Source: Mobula birostris (taxonomy: Eukaryota). From it: a stretch of DNA of 64,000 nt. The DNA is taken from the NCBI RefSeq assembly GCF_030028105.1, contig NC_092379.1, positions 87,097,006-87,161,005 on the forward strand. The letters run 5' to 3'. The translations under genes were made by a program, and so were the position numbers. The number at the start of each line of letters is the position of its first letter. Within the stretch, counting starts at the first letter, position 1. Positions 61,555 to 64,000 of this stretch are shown here, piece by piece. The notes beneath the pieces were generated by a model. That model saw only the letters and a program-made list of their open reading frames with translations. It searched no databases and had not been told where the DNA came from.

Positions 61555-64000
61555 GGCAGTTATTTATAGGCCTCGAAACAGCTGCAGGGATGTGGACTAC
61601 AAATTACAACTGGAAATAGAAAAGGCTTGTCAGAAGGGCAGTGTTATGATATTTGTGGGGGATTTTAACATGCGAGTGGATTGGGAAAATCAGGTCAGCA
61701 CTGGATCTCAAGAGAGAGAATTTGTAGAATGTCTGCGAGATGGCTTTTTAGAACAGCTTGTTGTTGAGCCCACTAGGGGATCGGCTGTACTGGATTGGGT
61801 ATTGTGTAATGAACCGGAGGTGATTAGAGAGATTGAGGTGAAGGAACCCTTAGGAGGCAGTGATCATAACATGATTGAGTTCACTGTGAAATTAGAAAAA
61901 GAGAAGCTGAAATCTGATGTGTCGGTATTTCAGTGGAGTAAAGGAAATTACAGTGGCATGAGAGAGGAACTGGCCAAAGTTGACTGGAAAGGGACACTGG
62001 CGGGAAAGACAGCAGAGCAGCAGTGGCTGGAGTCTATGTGAGAAATGAGGAATGTGCAAGACAGGTATATTCCAAAAAAGAAGAAATTTTTGAGTGGAAA
62101 AAGGATGACAAGAGAGGTCAAAGCCAAAGTTAAAGCAAAGGAGAGGGCATACAAGGAAGCAAAAATTAGTAGGAAGACAGAGGATTGGGAAGTTTTTAAA
62201 ACCTTACAAAAGGAAACCAAGAAGGTCATTAAGAGAGAAAAGATTAACTATGAAAGGAAGCTAGCGAATAATATCAAAGAGGATACTAAAAGCTTTTTCA
62301 AGTACATAAAGAGTAAAAGACAGGTGAGAGTAGATATAGGACTGATAGAAAATGATGCTGGAGAAATTGTAATGGGAGATAAGGAGATGGCAGAGGAACT
62401 GAACGAGTATTTTGCATCAGTCTTCACTGAGGAAGACATCAGCAGTATACCGGACACTCAAGGGTGGCAGGGAAGAGAAGTGTGCGCAGTCACAATTACG
62501 ACAGAGAAAGTACTCAGGAAGCTGAATAGGCTAAAGGTAGATAAATCTCCTGGACCAGATGGAATGCACCCTCGTGTTCTGAAGGAAGTAGCTGTGGAGA
62601 TTGCGGAGGCATTAGCGATGATCTTTCAAAAGTCGATAGATTCTGGCATGGTTCCGGAATACTGGAAGATTGCAAATGTCACTCCGGTATTTAAGAAGGG
62701 GGCAAGGAAGCAAAAAGGAAATTATAGACCTGTTAGCTTGACATCAGTGGTTGGGAAGTTGTTGGAGTTGATTACAGAGTACCTGGAGGCATATGACAAG
62801 ATAGCCAGAACTCAGCATGGGTTCCTTAAAGGAAAATCCTGCCTGACAAACCTATTACAATTTTTTGAGGAAATTACCAGTAGGCTAGACAAGGGAGATG
62901 CAGTGGATGTTGTATATTTGGATTTTCAGAAGGCCTTTGACAAGGTGCCACACATGAGGCTACTTAACAGGATAAGAGCCCATGGAATTACAGGAAAGTT
63001 ACATACGTGGATAAAGCGTTGGCTGATTGGCAGGAAACAGAGAGTGGGAATAAAGGGATCCTGTTCTGGTAAGCTGCCAGTTACCAGTGGTGTTCCACAG
63101 GGATCAGTGTTGGGGCTGCTTCTTTTCACATTGTACGTCAACGATTTGGATTATGGAATAGATGGCTTTGTGGCTAAGTTTGCTAACGATACGAAGATAG
63201 GTGGAGGGGCCGGTAGTGCTGAGGAAACGGAGAGTCTGCAGAGAGACTTGAATAGATTGGAAGAATGGGCAGAGAAGTGGCAAATGAAGTACAATGTTGG
63301 AAAGTGTATGGTTATGCACTTTGGCAGAAAAAATAAACGGGCAGACTACTATTTAAATGGGGAAAGAATTCAAAGTTCTGAGATGCAACGGGACTTGGGA
63401 GTCCTCGTATAGGATACCCTTAAAGTTAACCTCCAGGTTGAGACAGTAGTGAAGAAGGCGAATGCAATGTTGGCATTCATTTCTAGAGGAATAGAGTATA
63501 GGAGTAGGGATGTGATGTTGAGGCTCTATAAGGCGCTGGTGAGACCTCACTTGGAGTACTGTGGGCAGTTTTTCTCTCCTTATTTGAGAAAGGATGTGCT
63601 GACGTTGGAGAACAGAGAAGATTCACTGGAATGATTCCGGGAATGAGAGGGTTAACATATGAGGAAAGTTTGTCCGCTCTTGGACTGTATTCCTTGGAGT
63701 TTAGAAGAATGAAGGGAGACCTCATAGAAACATTTTGAATGTTGAAAGGCATGGACAGAGTGGATGTGGCAAAGTTGTTTCCCATGATGGGGGAGTCTAG
63801 TACGAGAGGGCATGACTTAAGGATTGAAGGGCGCCCATTCAGAACAGAAATGCGAAGAAATTTTTTTAGTCAGAGGATGGTGAATCTATGGAATTTGTTG
63901 CCACGGGCAGCAGTGGAGGCCAAGTCATTGGGTGTATTTAAGGTAGAGATTGATAGGTATCTGAGTAGCCAGGGCATCAAAGGTTATGGTGAGAAGGTGG
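61555..64000 (+). mobile_element. CR1 LINE ORF2 (endonuclease + RT), 5'-truncated, runs off the window
   Basis: ORFs 61592-62041, 62045-63412 and 63449-63634 are in one frame split by nonsense codons; GDFN, SDHN, KSPGPDG, YLDFQKAFDKVPH, GVPQGSVLG; catalytic FADD mutated to FAND. Confidence 0.97.

Noticed and set aside
1-64000. A novel RT-plus-nuclease defence or editing system built from neighbouring RT, GIY-YIG and hairpin elements
   Set aside because: Each part belongs to an independent, known and decayed eukaryotic TE family with its own tail or TSD; their adjacency reflects insertion density, not an operon.

Overview
This is eukaryotic, repeat-dominated vertebrate DNA, not microbial. The repeat set (CR1 LINEs with TTCTATG-type tails, HE1/V-SINE-like elements, Rex1/Babar-like LINEs, abundant Penelope pseudo-LTR hairpins) points to a cartilaginous fish, probably a ray (inference). 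I found no intact host gene, rRNA, true tRNA or CRISPR array. Roughly two-thirds of the window is decayed mobile DNA: CR1, Rex/Babar and I-clade LINEs, Penelope-like elements with minimal hammerhead ribozyme motifs, a CsRn1-type Gypsy, an endogenous retrovirus with a foamy-like RT signature, a solo LTR, and Tigger- and Tc1-like DNA transposons. The main non-repeat signal is on the minus strand from about 61 kb to 6.6 kb. There, unique blocks show paired splice acceptors/donors, some phase-compatible junctions and K/E/N/S-rich protein-like translations broken by stops, frameshifts and TE insertions. I read this as an unidentified large multi-exon gene decaying into a pseudogene (moderate confidence; needs a homology search). 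TE boundaries are approximate unless a target-site duplication (TSD) is quoted.
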